Source: Sedimentisphaerales bacterium
Lineage (GTDB): Bacteria > Planctomycetota > Phycisphaerae > Sedimentisphaerales > Anaerobacaceae
Direction: 5' to 3'
Length of the DNA: 64,000 nucleotides
NCBI GenBank assembly: GCA_963708075.1
Contig: OY970194.1
Coordinates: 7,296,001-7,360,000 of the forward strand
In this document: positions 19,438 through 30,187 of the stretch, in pieces
How the letters are laid out: each line of letters begins with the position of its first letter
How positions within the stretch are numbered: the first letter of the stretch is position 1
Position numbers and translations under genes: made by a program
The notes under the pieces: generated by a model
Told to the model about the DNA's origin: nothing
Databases searched by the model: none
What the model saw: the letters and a program-made list of their open reading frames with translations, nothing else

Positions 19438-20463
19438 ATGTTCAAGAATAGAGTACTGCTGATCACCGGCGGCACCGGGACCTTTGGGAATGCCGTGCTG
19501 CGACGCTTCTTAGATACCGAGATCGAGCAAATTCGCATTTTCAGCCGTGATGAGAAGAAGCAGGAGGATATGCGCAACGCGCTGAAGAGCCCCAAAGTCA
19601 AATTCTATATCGGTGACGTGCGCAGCTACGGCAGTGTCGTGCCGGCGATGCAGGGTGTGGATTACGTCTTTCACGCTGCCGCACTCAAGCAGGTGCCGTC
19701 CTGTGAGTTCTTCCCCATCGAGGCGGTGCGGACCAACAGCCTGGGGGCCGAGAACGTGATGAATGCGGCCACAGCTTGTGGTGTTCAGAAACTGATCGTG
19801 CTCAGCACGGACAAAGCGGTCTATCCAATCAATGCCATGGGGCTGTCCAAGGCGATGATGGAGAAACTCATGGTCGCCAAGGCGAGGATGTACGGCCGTT
19901 CCAAGACGGTCTTCTGCGGCACTCGGTACGGAAACGTCATGGCCTCGCGCGGGTCGGTCATTCCGTTGTTTATCGATCAGATCCTGAGGGGGCAGCCACT
20001 GACCATCACTGACCCCGAGATGACCAGGTTCATGATGACCATCGACGATGCTGTGGATTTGGTGCTCTACGCATTCCAGCATGGCAATCCAGGCGACATC
20101 TTCGTGCAGAAGGCCCCGGCTGCAACCATCAAGACACTTGCCCTGGCTCTCGAGAAGCTATTCGATACAGAGAATGACATCCGTATCATCGGCACCCGGC
20201 ATGGCGAGAAGCAGAATGAGACGTTGCTGAATCGTGAAGAGATGGCCAAGGCCGAGGACATGGGGAATTACTTCCGCGTCCCGGCCGACATCCGCGATCT
20301 GAACTACGCCTGCTACTTCACCGAAGGGCAGACCGCCGTGTCCAGGATCGAGGACTACACTTCATACAACACGCGGCGCCTGGATGTCGATGAGATGGCT
20401 GAGCTGCTGCTCAAGCTCGACTGCGTTAACGAGGCCCTCGCCACATTGGAGCGGGTGCCATGA
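19438..20463 (+). CDS. fnlA: UDP-GlcNAc 4,6-dehydratase/5-epimerase (FnlA/WbjB/CapE)
   Basis: LITGGTGTFG, FSRDEKKQEDMR, AALKQVPSCEFFP, TDKAVYPINAMG, TRYGNVMASRGSVIP and GTRHGEK. Confidence 0.95.
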   Translation: MFKNRVLLITGGTGTFGNAVLRRFLDTEIEQIRIFSRDEKKQEDMRNALKSPKVKFYIGDVRSYGSVVPAMQGVDYVFHAAALKQVPSCEFFPIEAVRTNSLGAENVMNAATACGVQKLIVLSTDKAVYPINAMGLSKAMMEKLMVAKARMYGRSKTVFCGTRYGNVMASRGSVIPLFIDQILRGQPLTITDPEMTRFMMTIDDAVDLVLYAFQHGNPGDIFVQKAPAATIKTLALALEKLFDTENDIRIIGTRHGEKQNETLLNREEMAKAEDMGNYFRVPADIRDLNYACYFTEGQTAVSRIEDYTSYNTRRLDVDEMAELLLKLDCVNEALATLERVP

Positions 20464-21608
20464 AGAAGATTCTGATTACCGGGGCGAGGGGGTTCATCGG
20501 TCGCAACCTTGCCGCGCGCCTGACGCAGGCGGACGATCTCATGGTGTTCCCCTATGACCTGGAAAACGAGCCGGCCGAGCTCACGACGTGGCTGGGCCAG
20601 GCGGACGTGGTGTTGCACCTCGCGGGGATCAACCGCCCCCGGAGCGTCGAGGAGTATGAGGCGGGGAATGCCGGCTTCACAGAGGAAATCTGCCAGATCC
20701 TGCGTCGGCTCGGGCGTACGCCGAAGATCGTCATGTCCTCTTCGATTCAGGCGGAGCAGGACAACCCCTACGGCACGAGCAAACGACGGGCCGAAGAGAG
20801 CCTGAAGGCCTTTTCACGGGAGACAGGCGCTCCCGTCTCCATCTACCGGTTGAAGAACGTGTTTGGAAAATGGTGCCGGCCCAACTACAACTCGGTCGCC
20901 GCCACCTTCTGCCACAATATCGCGCACGACCTGCCCATCTCCATCTCCGATCCCGCGCGGGAAATCGAGTTGATCTACGTTGACGACGTCGTGGAGCGGT
21001 TCCTGGAAGAGTTGCACGATCCATCCGCGCCGGGGACCTTCTATGCCCCCGACGCCATCCCGAGCACCCGGATCACGCTCGGCGATCTCGCCGGACGCAT
21101 TCAGGCCTTCCACGAGATGAAGAGCAGTCTCGTGATCCCGGATTTCTCAGAACGGTTCAATCGCTGTCTATATGCCACGTATCTGTCCTATGTGGAAGCG
21201 GCTTCGCTGGAATATGGGCTCGACATCAAGGCCGACACGCGAGGCACCCTGGCGGAATTCATCAAGTCTCGCCATTTCGGCCAGATATTCCTGTCGCGCA
21301 CGCATCCGGGCGTCACGCGTGGCAATCACTATCATCACACTAAGACCGAGAAGTTCCTGGTCATTGCCGGTGAGGGATTGATCCGGATGCGTCACGTCGA
21401 AGGGGATGACCTGGTTGAGCACCGCGTTCGCGGTGACGAGTATCGCGTAATCGATATTCCGCCGGGGCACACGCACTCCATCACGAACACAGGCGCGGAG
21501 GAAATGATCACCCTGTTCTGGGCGAGTGAAATCTTCGATCCGGATCACCCCGACACTTACTACCTGGAGGTGGATCGCCCCGTTCAGGCCGTGGAGGAGA
21601 GAACATGA
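20460..21608 (+). CDS. fnlB: UDP-2-acetamido-2,6-dideoxy-hexulose reductase with cupin domain (FnlB/WbjC/CapF)
   Basis: [38 protein letters not shown] and [17 protein letters not shown]. Confidence 0.93.
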   Translation: MKKILITGARGFIGRNLAARLTQADDLMVFPYDLENEPAELTTWLGQADVVLHLAGINRPRSVEEYEAGNAGFTEEICQILRRLGRTPKIVMSSSIQAEQDNPYGTSKRRAEESLKAFSRETGAPVSIYRLKNVFGKWCRPNYNSVAATFCHNIAHDLPISISDPAREIELIYVDDVVERFLEELHDPSAPGTFYAPDAIPSTRITLGDLAGRIQAFHEMKSSLVIPDFSERFNRCLYATYLSYVEAASLEYGLDIKADTRGTLAEFIKSRHFGQIFLSRTHPGVTRGNHYHHTKTEKFLVIAGEGLIRMRHVEGDDLVEHRVRGDEYRVIDIPPGHTHSITNTGAEEMITLFWASEIFDPDHPDTYYLEVDRPVQAVEERT

Positions 21609-22813
21609 AGGTTGCCACTATTGTGGGTACGCGGCCGGAGATCATCCGGCTGTCACGGGTGATGGCGGCGCTGGATCGTCACGTCGAGCACGTCATCATT
21701 CATACGGGCCAGAACTACGACTATGAGCTCAACCAGGTCTTCTTCGAGGATTTGGAGCTTCGCGAGCCCGACTACTTCCTCGATGCCGCGGGGCAAAACG
21801 CGGCGGAGACAATCGGGCGTGTCATCTGCCGCTGCGATGAAGCTCTGGCCGAGATTTGTCCGGATGCGGTATTGATCCTGGGCGATACGAACAGTTGCCT
21901 GTCCGCGATTTCGGCCAAGCGCCGCAAAATCCCGGTCTTCCACATGGAGGCCGGCAATCGATGCTTCGATCAGCGTGTGCCTGAAGAGATCAACCGCAAG
22001 ATCGTCGACCATATCAGCGACGTGAACATGCCGTACAGCTCGATCTCGCGGGAATACCTGCTGCGCGAAGGGCTCCCGCCCGACCGCGTGATCAAGACCG
22101 GCAGCCCCATGTATGAGGTGCTGCACTACTATCGGGCGAAGATCGAAGAGTCGGATGTGCTGAAGCGGTTGGGATTGAAGGATCAGGACTACTTCGTCGT
22201 CAGCTCTCATCGCGAGGAGAACATCGATTCTCCCGAGCAGTTCACCAAGCTGGTGAACCTGCTCCATGCCATCACGAAGCGCTACGGCCGGCGAATCATC
22301 GTCTCGACTCATCCACGGACCCGTAAGAAGATCAGCATCATGGGCGTTACACTGCCGCCCGAGGTCGAGCTGCTCAAACCCTTGGGATTTTGCGATTATG
22401 TGCACCTGCAGTTGCACGCCAGGGCGACCCTTTCCGACAGCGGCACAATTACCGAGGAATCCTCGATCCTGAACTTCCCGGCCCTCAACATCCGCAACGC
22501 CCACGAGCGCCCCGAGGGGATGGAAGAAGGGGCGGTGATGATGACGGGGTTGGAGTTGGACAGGGTCATGGAAGGGTTGAAGGTACTGGAAACGCAGGAG
22601 CGAGGTGAGAGGCGTACTCTGAGGATGGTCAGTGATTACGATGTGCCGCAGGTCTCAGAAAAGGTCGTGCGCATCATCCTGAGCTACACGAACTACATCC
22701 ATCGGGTGGTCTGGTATGGGACGCCGGCTTCCACAGAGGCGGCGCCCGGCCCTTGTGACGATTCAGAGGAGTCGATAGATGGCGTCAAACGAACCGCGGC
22801 CCCGGCTTATTGA
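21605..22813 (+). CDS. fnlC: UDP-HexNAc 2-epimerase, non-hydrolysing (FnlC/WbjD/CapG; often annotated wecB)
   Basis: [46 protein letters not shown] and HERPEG. Confidence 0.93.
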   Translation: MKVATIVGTRPEIIRLSRVMAALDRHVEHVIIHTGQNYDYELNQVFFEDLELREPDYFLDAAGQNAAETIGRVICRCDEALAEICPDAVLILGDTNSCLSAISAKRRKIPVFHMEAGNRCFDQRVPEEINRKIVDHISDVNMPYSSISREYLLREGLPPDRVIKTGSPMYEVLHYYRAKIEESDVLKRLGLKDQDYFVVSSHREENIDSPEQFTKLVNLLHAITKRYGRRIIVSTHPRTRKKISIMGVTLPPEVELLKPLGFCDYVHLQLHARATLSDSGTITEESSILNFPALNIRNAHERPEGMEEGAVMMTGLELDRVMEGLKVLETQERGERRTLRMVSDYDVPQVSEKVVRIILSYTNYIHRVVWYGTPASTEAAPGPCDDSEESIDGVKRTAAPAY

Positions 22814-23222
22814 GGGAGGCCTGCACGTGGATGGTCGAGGTACCGTCGCCTTCGTCAATGACTTCGATTTCAAAGGAGTGGACCGATTCTATACGGTTCG
22901 CTGGCATCGCAGCCACGAGCCTCGCGGTTGGGTCGGCCACCGGCGTGAACAGAAATGGTTTCTGGCGGTTCAGGGAACATCGCTGATCGCTGTGGTGAAA
23001 CCCGATCGATGGGAATCGCCTGCGAACGATCTCCCCGTGGAACGGTTTGTGCTCTCGGCGGCGAGGCCGCAAGTGCTCCACGTGCCTCCCGGCTATGCGA
23101 CAGCAAGTGCCAATCTGAGCCCGGATGTTATCCTGATGATCTTTTCCTCGGGGAGAATCGAGGATGCAAAGACCGACGACCACCGCTTTGCGGTCGATAC
23201 CTGGCCTGTGATCGAGCCATAG
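22779..23222 (+). CDS. RmlC-like cupin (sugar epimerase/isomerase-like)
   Basis: [27 protein letters not shown] and VLHVPPGYA give a cupin pattern. Confidence 0.75.
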   Translation: MASNEPRPRLIEGGLHVDGRGTVAFVNDFDFKGVDRFYTVRWHRSHEPRGWVGHRREQKWFLAVQGTSLIAVVKPDRWESPANDLPVERFVLSAARPQVLHVPPGYATASANLSPDVILMIFSSGRIEDAKTDDHRFAVDTWPVIEP

Positions 23223-23235
23223 TGAGTGCCTGCCA

Positions 23236-24522
23236 ATGCGAATCCTCCTGATTACCAACCTGTTCCAACCGGAGCCCAGTCACCTGAAAGGCCTGGCGTA
23301 CGCGAAGGAGCTGCAGCGACGTGGGCACGACGTTCACGTCCTGACCGGATTTCCAAACTACCCCGGCGGAAAACTCTACCCCGGATATCGAATGCGATGG
23401 ACGATGCAGGAGACCTTGGACGGGGTCCCCGTAACACGAGTGGCCATGTATCCAAGCCACGACGGGTCCGCCATCCGGCGCAGCCTGAACTACATTTCCA
23501 TCGGGATCTCTCTGGCGATCCATGTTCTGGGGATGAAAAGACGGTTTGACGTCAGTCACGTCTGCATGGGGCCGATCACTCTGATGTGGCCGGCTCAAGT
23601 GTTGCGAAGGGTGCAAGGGACCAAGGTCGTCGCCGATGTTCAGGATATCTGGCCGGAGAGTGTAGCGGACTCCGGCATGCTCAAATCAGGATTGGCATTG
23701 AGGATTCTGAAGATGATATGCCTGCGGGCCTACAGAACGGCTGATCGTATCATCGTGTTGTCGCAGGGCTACAAGCAACTGCTGTCCAATCGCGGAATCG
23801 ATCCCGGCCGGGTCGATGTGGTGTACAACTGGTGCGACGAATCCCAATCCGCCGCGCCGGCCACCGAGGATATCTCATCAAGCATCCTGGACGCGAATAC
23901 ATTCAATGTGGTTTATGCAGGGAACCTGGGCAAGTTGCAGGGACCGGACACGATCCTCGATGCGGCACAGTCCCTGGCGGCAACAGGTTGCTCCGCAAGG
24001 TTCGTTCTGATCGGCGGCGGCGTCGAGTTTGAGAGAATCTGCCGCCGGATTCAGGATGAGCGAATCGCCAATGTCATTCTGATGCCCCGTATGCCATTGG
24101 AGCAAGTGAATCGAATTCTCGACCGGGCGGACCTCCTCTTGATTCATTTGATCAGAAGCGGGCTGTCGAGCATTGCCATTCCTCAAAAGCTTCAGGCTTA
24201 TTTGTCCATAGGTCGGCCCATTCTGCTGGCGGCGGAAGGCGATGTACTGGATCTGTTCAAACGGGCAGGGGCAGGTCCCGCCTGCGAACCTGAGAATCCC
24301 GAAGCTATGGCGGCAGCCATCCTGCGGTTCATGAAGCTGGATGTTGCCCGGCGAGAGGAACTGGGCCGGCGCGGTCAACAGTTCTATCGCGATGCCCTGA
24401 ACTTCCGAAAGGGCGTTGAACACATCGAGCGAATTCATTCGCAGGCGACAGAAGAACGGAAGACTCCTCGCACCGGTGAAGAAGAACACCGGGCGGCCGG
24501 GGAATGTGTCGGTAAATCGTGA
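23236..24522 (+). CDS. Glycosyltransferase family 4, WbuB-like (putative L-FucNAc transferase)
   Basis: MRILLITNLFQPE, VLTGFPNYPGG, DVQDIWPES, YAGNLGKLQG and PQKLQAYL. Follows fnlABC. Confidence 0.88.
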   Translation: MRILLITNLFQPEPSHLKGLAYAKELQRRGHDVHVLTGFPNYPGGKLYPGYRMRWTMQETLDGVPVTRVAMYPSHDGSAIRRSLNYISIGISLAIHVLGMKRRFDVSHVCMGPITLMWPAQVLRRVQGTKVVADVQDIWPESVADSGMLKSGLALRILKMICLRAYRTADRIIVLSQGYKQLLSNRGIDPGRVDVVYNWCDESQSAAPATEDISSSILDANTFNVVYAGNLGKLQGPDTILDAAQSLAATGCSARFVLIGGGVEFERICRRIQDERIANVILMPRMPLEQVNRILDRADLLLIHLIRSGLSSIAIPQKLQAYLSIGRPILLAAEGDVLDLFKRAGAGPACEPENPEAMAAAILRFMKLDVARREELGRRGQQFYRDALNFRKGVEHIERIHSQATEERKTPRTGEEEHRAAGECVGKS

Positions 24523-24568
24523 TTCGTAGAGACAACCAATGATTCTGCTTGGATGAGGGTGTTCCGCG

Positions 24569-25174
24569 ATGCCGGTCATATACCGTCATGCTACGCCTGA
24601 AGATATTGACGCCATTGTGCGCCTTCATACTGTCGCATTTCCCGGGTTCTTTCTCACGTCCCTGGGCGGCAGTTTCCTGCGACTGCTCTATGGGGCATTC
24701 GTGGATATAGACGGCGGCATTTGTATTGTCGCGCAGGATGGCGACTGTATGCAGGGCGTCGTAGTGGGCGCAGCGGATCCGGCTTCGTTCTTCACCGCGT
24801 TGCGGCGGAGGAGGGGGGTTCTCTTTGCACTGGCAGCGACGCCCGGACTGCTCCGAAACCCATTGCTCGTCGTGCGCAAATGTGCGTGGGCTCTCTTCTA
24901 TCGCGGTGAACAACCTGCCGCTCTATCCGGGGCAGGATTGCTGAGCAGCGTGGCCGTCTCACCCGAGATGTCCAGCAAGGGGATCGGTCAGAAACTGGTG
25001 GATACCTTCTGTGAAGAGCTTCGCCGTCACAATGCAGAGTACGTGTACCTGATTACGGACGAGACGGATAACGAGCGAGTGAACAGGTTCTATCGCAAGT
25101 GCGGATTCCATCTTGTGGATACGTTCGAGCGATTTGAGAAACGCCGTATGAACAGATGGGCCAAGAGCATATGA
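24569..25174 (+). CDS. GNAT family N-acetyltransferase
   Basis: LSSVAVSPEMSSKGIGQKLV and N..VNRFYRKCGF GNAT motifs. Confidence 0.85.
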   Translation: MPVIYRHATPEDIDAIVRLHTVAFPGFFLTSLGGSFLRLLYGAFVDIDGGICIVAQDGDCMQGVVVGAADPASFFTALRRRRGVLFALAATPGLLRNPLLVVRKCAWALFYRGEQPAALSGAGLLSSVAVSPEMSSKGIGQKLVDTFCEELRRHNAEYVYLITDETDNERVNRFYRKCGFHLVDTFERFEKRRMNRWAKSI

Positions 25175-25264
25175 CGGACCAGCCTCTGAATGCTTCTGGC
25201 CGGTACTCTCTTTCGCTCATTGCCAACTGTGGACGTCAGATGCTGGATTAAGGCGGACGAGATC

Positions 25265-26254
25265 ATGAACAGCGAAGTTTTCATCGATTGGATCAAACGC
25301 CAGGGGTACCACGTGGTCAGCACGACCACTTCGTACTGGTACGAGATCATGCCTCACACCTATCAGGCTGTTCCCTACCACCGTCTCATCACTCCGTCAG
25401 ATGCCGAGTTCCATCAACTGCTTCACATGGAGCGGGCTGCGGCCCTCCGATACTCCACCGCCATAGAGGCAGACGAAGGGAAAGTCAGCTATCACGTAAT
25501 CAACCAGGATAAGACATACGATATCGCTCAACTGAGCAAGAGCACTCGTTACGACGTGCGCAAGGGTCTGAGGCACGCAGGGGTGGAGCCGGTGTCATTG
25601 GCGCGGTTGGTCTCCGAGGGATGGGCTTTGCGGCAGGAGACCCTGGCGCGGCAGGGCCGCTCCGGTGCGGAAACTGCGGCATGGTGGGAGCGCCTGTGCA
25701 AGAGTGCAGAAGGATTGCCCGGCTTTGAAGCATGGGGAGCCGTGCGCGGTGGGAAGATGATGGCATCGATCCTCACTCTCATCATGGAGGATTGCTGCGT
25801 CGGCCTGTACCAGCAGTGCTGTGCGGAGGCACTGACCACGTGTGTCAACAATGCGCTGACGTATTCCTTCACAAAAGAAGTGCTGAGCCGCCCCGGCATA
25901 AATCAGGTGTTCTACGGCCTGCATTCTCTCGATGCAGATGAAAAGCTGGACAAGTTCAAGTTTCGCATGGGGTATGTGGCGAAACCAATTCGTCAGCGGA
26001 TTGTCGTCAACCGCTGGATGCGCGGGCTCCTGAACGGCGTGAGCCATCGCGTCCTGAAGGTCGCCCTGCACCGATGGCCCGACCACCCGACGATCGCAAA
26101 GGCCGAAGGGATGGCTCGCTTCTACCTGGAAGGGAAAAAGCCTCTGGCACAGCAGGTCTGGCCGGACTGTCTTAAGGACCTCCAGGCCGAGCTGCTGGGT
26201 CCTCAGGAACGAGTCCTGTGCCCAACGCGGCCCGACAGTGGTTCGGCCGGGTGA
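25265..26254 (+). CDS. FemAB-like / double-GNAT acyl- or aminoacyltransferase
   Basis: LSKSTRYDVRKG, NNALTY and LDKFKFRMGY resemble FemABX-like motifs. Start uncertain. Confidence 0.6.
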   Translation: MNSEVFIDWIKRQGYHVVSTTTSYWYEIMPHTYQAVPYHRLITPSDAEFHQLLHMERAAALRYSTAIEADEGKVSYHVINQDKTYDIAQLSKSTRYDVRKGLRHAGVEPVSLARLVSEGWALRQETLARQGRSGAETAAWWERLCKSAEGLPGFEAWGAVRGGKMMASILTLIMEDCCVGLYQQCCAEALTTCVNNALTYSFTKEVLSRPGINQVFYGLHSLDADEKLDKFKFRMGYVAKPIRQRIVVNRWMRGLLNGVSHRVLKVALHRWPDHPTIAKAEGMARFYLEGKKPLAQQVWPDCLKDLQAELLGPQERVLCPTRPDSGSAG

Positions 26255-26293
26255 TCCTCGATTCGCGGACAATCAAGAAATGGAGTGAGCGGC

Positions 26294-27468
26294 ATGGTAA
26301 ACGCGACAGCAACTTCTGAGAAGGTCGACTGGAAGGTACAACTGTTCGAACTCAACTACGACCACCAGGAAGTCGAAGCGGCGACGGACGTGATTGAGAG
26401 CGGCTGGATTACGATGGGCGAAAAGACCATGTCGTTCGAGGAGTCTTTTGCCGAGTTTCTCGGTCAAGGCGCTTACTGCACCGCCACTTCAAGCGGGACG
26501 GCAGCCCTGCACATGGCGTTGCTGGCCGCGGGCATCGGGCCAGGCGACGAGGTCATTGTTCCATCACTCACGTTTGTGGCTGACATCAATGTTGTGCGGC
26601 TCGTCGGTGCATCGCCTGTGCTCGTGGACTGCACTTCCTATGACGACTGGAATATCTCGCCCGAAGGAATTGCCGCCGCAGTGACGCCTCGCACCAAGGC
26701 AATTCTCGTCGTGCACTATGCCGGATACGTCTGTGATATGGACGCCATTGAGGCAGCAATCCACGAGGCATCGGACGGCAGAGCGATCTACCTCATCGAA
26801 GATGCCGCCCACGCCCCGGGCGCCGATCACGGGGGCCGAGCCTGTGGGACCATCGGGCACGTGGGATGTTTCAGTTTCTTCACGAACAAGAACCTGTCCG
26901 TGGGCGAAGGGGGGATGTTCGTAACACGGTCCAAGGAACTGCATGAGAAAGGCAGATACCTGCGCTCCCATGGCATGACGGCATTGACGCTGGACCGGCA
27001 CAAGGGGAGGAGTACCTCCTATGATGTTATCCTGCCGGGACTCAACTATCGGATGGATGAGATCAGGGCGGCAATCGGCCTCGTTCAGCTTGCGAAATTG
27101 CCTGAGGCAAATCGCCGGAGGATGCAGCTTGTGGAATACTATCGAGCGCTTCGCGCAGTACGCCCGGGCTCCATGTGCCGTTCCATAACCACACGCTGGG
27201 CAAGCCGAGTTATCACATCTTCCCCATTCTCCTGGACAAGGCCATTGATCGTGCGGAGGTTATAGCCGGACTCAAGGAGCACGGCATACAGTCCAGCATT
27301 CATTATCCTCCGTTTCAAGGATTCACGGCCTACAGCAGTGCGGGGCTTTCGCCGACGCCCATCGCAACGGATGTGTCGCATCGGGAACTAACCTTGCCTC
27401 TGTTTCCAACGATGACTTTTGCCCAGGTCGAGCTTGTTTGTTCGACGTTGCAGAGACTCCTCGATTGA
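26294..27468 (+). CDS. DegT/DnrJ/EryC1/StrS aminotransferase; apparent -1 frameshift at ~27150
   Basis: SSGTAALH, GDEVIVPSLTFVA, IEDAAHA, FSFFTNKNLSVGEGG (PLP Lys) and GLNYRMDE. The C-terminus (YHIFP..IQSSIHYPP..LTLPLFP) continues in the 27175 frame. Confidence 0.88.
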
Positions 27469-27567
27469 TGAGGCGCTGCCGACAGGCATACCGGGCACGT
27501 CCCGATGTGCCTGGGCGAGAGTCTCCTTGCACCATATATCAGCCATGACATCTGCATAGGTAGACGG

Positions 27568-28758
27568 ATGGATAATCTTCTACATTTGATCGGCAGGGCC
27601 GAACCGCTGTTTGCAGACGATATCGAGGCGTGGCAATTCAGCCTTTCTGCGCAGATTCAGGATAGTTCTTTCCTGATCATTGGCGGCGCCGGATCCATCG
27701 GGCAGGCGGTCGTCAAGGAGCTTTTCCAACGCAAACCAAAACATCTGCTTGTGGTGGATATCAGCGAGAACAATCTGGTGGAACTCGTACGCGACCTGCG
27801 GAGCTCGCTCGGTTACATCGAAGGGGACTTTCGTACGTTTGTACTGGATACTGGTTCCTGCGAGTTCGATGCGTTCCTCTCGCATGAAGGCCCGTTCGAT
27901 TACATTCTCAATCTCTCCGCTCTCAAGCACGTCCGGAGCGAGCGCGACCCATACACGCTCATGCGTATGATCGTCGTGAATGTTCTCAACACGAACAAGA
28001 TCTTCAGCCGGGCCATCGAGAGAGGGATGCGCAAATTCTTTTGCGTATCCACAGACAAGGCGACCAACCCTGTCAACGTGATGGGCGCCTCCAAACGCAT
28101 GATGGAGATGTACCTGATGCAATGGAGCCGGCACGTTCCCGTCTCCACGGTGCGCTTTGCGAATGTCGCCTTTTCCGACGGCAGCCTCCTGCATGGCTTC
28201 GCTCAGCGAATCGTCAAGCGACAACCCTTATCTGCCCCGTTTGACGTGAAGCGGTATTTCATCACGTCCCAGGAGGCGGGAGAGTTATGTGTCATGTCCT
28301 GCCTGTTGGGCGAAAACCGGGATATCTTCTTCCCCAAGCTCAGCGACAAGCTTCACCTGGTTACCTTCGCGGACATCGCTCGCAGGTTCCTGCACAGCCA
28401 GGGCTATGAGCCCTGCGAGTGCGCCACGGAGGATGAGGCGCGTGCCAGAGTCCACGAACTCACCGGAAGTGGAAAGTGGCCCTGCTACTTCTTTCGAAGC
28501 GACACGACGGGCGAGAAGGACTTCGAGGAATTCACCACAAGCCGGGACGTGGTGGACCTGAACCGATTCAAAGGCATCGGCGTCATCAAGAACCCGCCCC
28601 CGTCCACCGAATTCCGGCTGGAGGAGTTCTCGGCAGAGATCGACAGAATGCGCTCCACAGGAGAATGGACGAAGCAGGCGATTGTCGATCTGTTCCGGGA
28701 ATCCGTCCCCGAGTTCTCCCACATGGAGATGCACAAGAACCTGGACAACCGAATGTAG
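27568..28758 (+). CDS. UDP-N-acetylglucosamine 4,6-dehydratase (short soluble Polysacc_synt_2 type)
   Basis: IGGAGSIG, VDISENNLVELVRDLRS, LSALKHVRSE.DP, STDKATNPVNVMGASK, RFANVAFSDGSL and DTTGEKDFEEF. Confidence 0.9.
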   Translation: MDNLLHLIGRAEPLFADDIEAWQFSLSAQIQDSSFLIIGGAGSIGQAVVKELFQRKPKHLLVVDISENNLVELVRDLRSSLGYIEGDFRTFVLDTGSCEFDAFLSHEGPFDYILNLSALKHVRSERDPYTLMRMIVVNVLNTNKIFSRAIERGMRKFFCVSTDKATNPVNVMGASKRMMEMYLMQWSRHVPVSTVRFANVAFSDGSLLHGFAQRIVKRQPLSAPFDVKRYFITSQEAGELCVMSCLLGENRDIFFPKLSDKLHLVTFADIARRFLHSQGYEPCECATEDEARARVHELTGSGKWPCYFFRSDTTGEKDFEEFTTSRDVVDLNRFKGIGVIKNPPPSTEFRLEEFSAEIDRMRSTGEWTKQAIVDLFRESVPEFSHMEMHKNLDNRM

Positions 28759-28781
28759 CGGAGAATCGAAGGAGCGAGACA

Positions 28782-29462
28782 ATGAAGCGTGCTTTGGATG
28801 TCCTGCTGTCCGCGGTGGCCCTCATACTTTTGTCACCACTATTGATCGTGGTCGCAATCGTGCTTCGTTGCACGGGGGAAGGGTGCGTCTTCTACCGCCA
28901 GCCAAGAGTCGGCTACGAAGGTCGCATGTTTCACCTGTGCAAATTCGTCACCATGCTCAAAAACAGCCCGAATTTGCCCGGGGGAGTCCTCACGGCGAAG
29001 AACGATCCTCGCATCCTGCCGGTCGGGCGAATCCTCAGGGCCACCAAGATCAATGAAATCCCTCAGCTTTGGAATGTCTTGCGGGGCGACATGAGCCTCA
29101 TAGGCCCTCGGCCTCAGGCACGGGAGCATTTCGATCTCTTCCCCGAGCACGTGAAGAGAGAAATCATCAAGGTGCGACCTGGTCTCTCCGGCATAGGGTC
29201 CGTTGTCTTTCGGAACGAAGAGTCCATCCTTGCGATGTGCGACACCGATCAGAAGGACTTCTATGCGAATGACATCGCGCCGTACAAAGGAGAACTCGAG
29301 GTCTGGTATGTTCAGCACCACTCTGTGGCGATTGATCTTCTCCTGATCCTTCTAACCATCCAGGTAGTCCTGTTTCCGGACACCGCGTGTTGCCTTAAGC
29401 TGTTGAAGGATCTGCCCAAACCGAGTTCCTCCACCCTGTCCGCCTGTCTCACGTCCAACTGA
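28782..29462 (+). CDS. Bacterial sugar transferase (PglC-like monotopic phosphoglycosyl transferase)
   Basis: MKRALDV, YRQPRVG, KFVTM, DPRI..VGRILRATKINEIPQL.NVLRGDMSLIGPRP. AAGGAG RBS upstream. Confidence 0.92.
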   Translation: MKRALDVLLSAVALILLSPLLIVVAIVLRCTGEGCVFYRQPRVGYEGRMFHLCKFVTMLKNSPNLPGGVLTAKNDPRILPVGRILRATKINEIPQLWNVLRGDMSLIGPRPQAREHFDLFPEHVKREIIKVRPGLSGIGSVVFRNEESILAMCDTDQKDFYANDIAPYKGELEVWYVQHHSVAIDLLLILLTIQVVLFPDTACCLKLLKDLPKPSSSTLSACLTSN

Positions 29463-29782
29463 GGATCTGCACGGGTCATCCCCTGTCCCCCATCCGCCAC
29501 CACCGGCGGGCGAATTGTTTCCGCAGGCTCCTCACTCCGCGTGTCCTCGTTGTCGTGTATGCCGCGGGGCTCCTTGTGCGAGTCAGTGATTTCCCTTTCG
29601 AATGCCTGCGAAAAGGCGTCGCCTTTGTGGGCGGCGGCAGGCCGCGACACAGCGCCGTTCCCGCCATAACCGATTGTCAATAGCCTTCTACAGGCTCTTG
29701 ACAGCGTTCCCATGATGGGTCGCCGTCGCGACGGAAGAACAGGCTGCATGCTCTGAAAAAATACAAAATTTCCTAATCCATA

Positions 29783-29811
29783 TTGACGCCTGGGACCGAT
29801 AATAGTAAAGT
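29783..29811 (+). promoter_or_regulatory. Putative sigma70 promoter for the large beta-helix gene
   Basis: TTGACG-N17-TAAAGT, preceded by an A/T-rich UP-like tract (29756-29771). Confidence 0.5.
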
Positions 29812-30187
29812 CTCGCTGCTGCAATTCAGTTGGGGGTGGCAGAAGAAACCAGAAGCAGGTTGAAGGATCAACAGCCAAAGAGTCTTGTGAAGGAACAAAG
29901 CTGAGAGTGGGCCGCGATTCATCGGCGGGCGGTGCAACATGCCGCGACAGCCGGTTGTGAATCTGCGGTCGGCTTGATGCGCGTGACGAGGACAAAGCTG
30001 AATATGGTTGGCCCTGAGAATACCTCTCCCTGTACTTGTCCTGCATTGACTCCCCCGTAGGACAGGCGCAACAAAACACAGCGCTTGCGCAAGCGACAAA
30101 GCCGACTTTTGACACGATCGTTCAGAGCGTGGCGGTTTGGAGGCCGTCTGAACACAGTTTGTAGTTTGACTCTGTGGGTAGGTAACA

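Noticed and set aside
29312..30115. 267-aa minus-strand ORF between the PGT and the beta-helix gene
   Set aside because: It overlaps the PGT gene, has atypical composition and no motif, and spans a promoter-like region.
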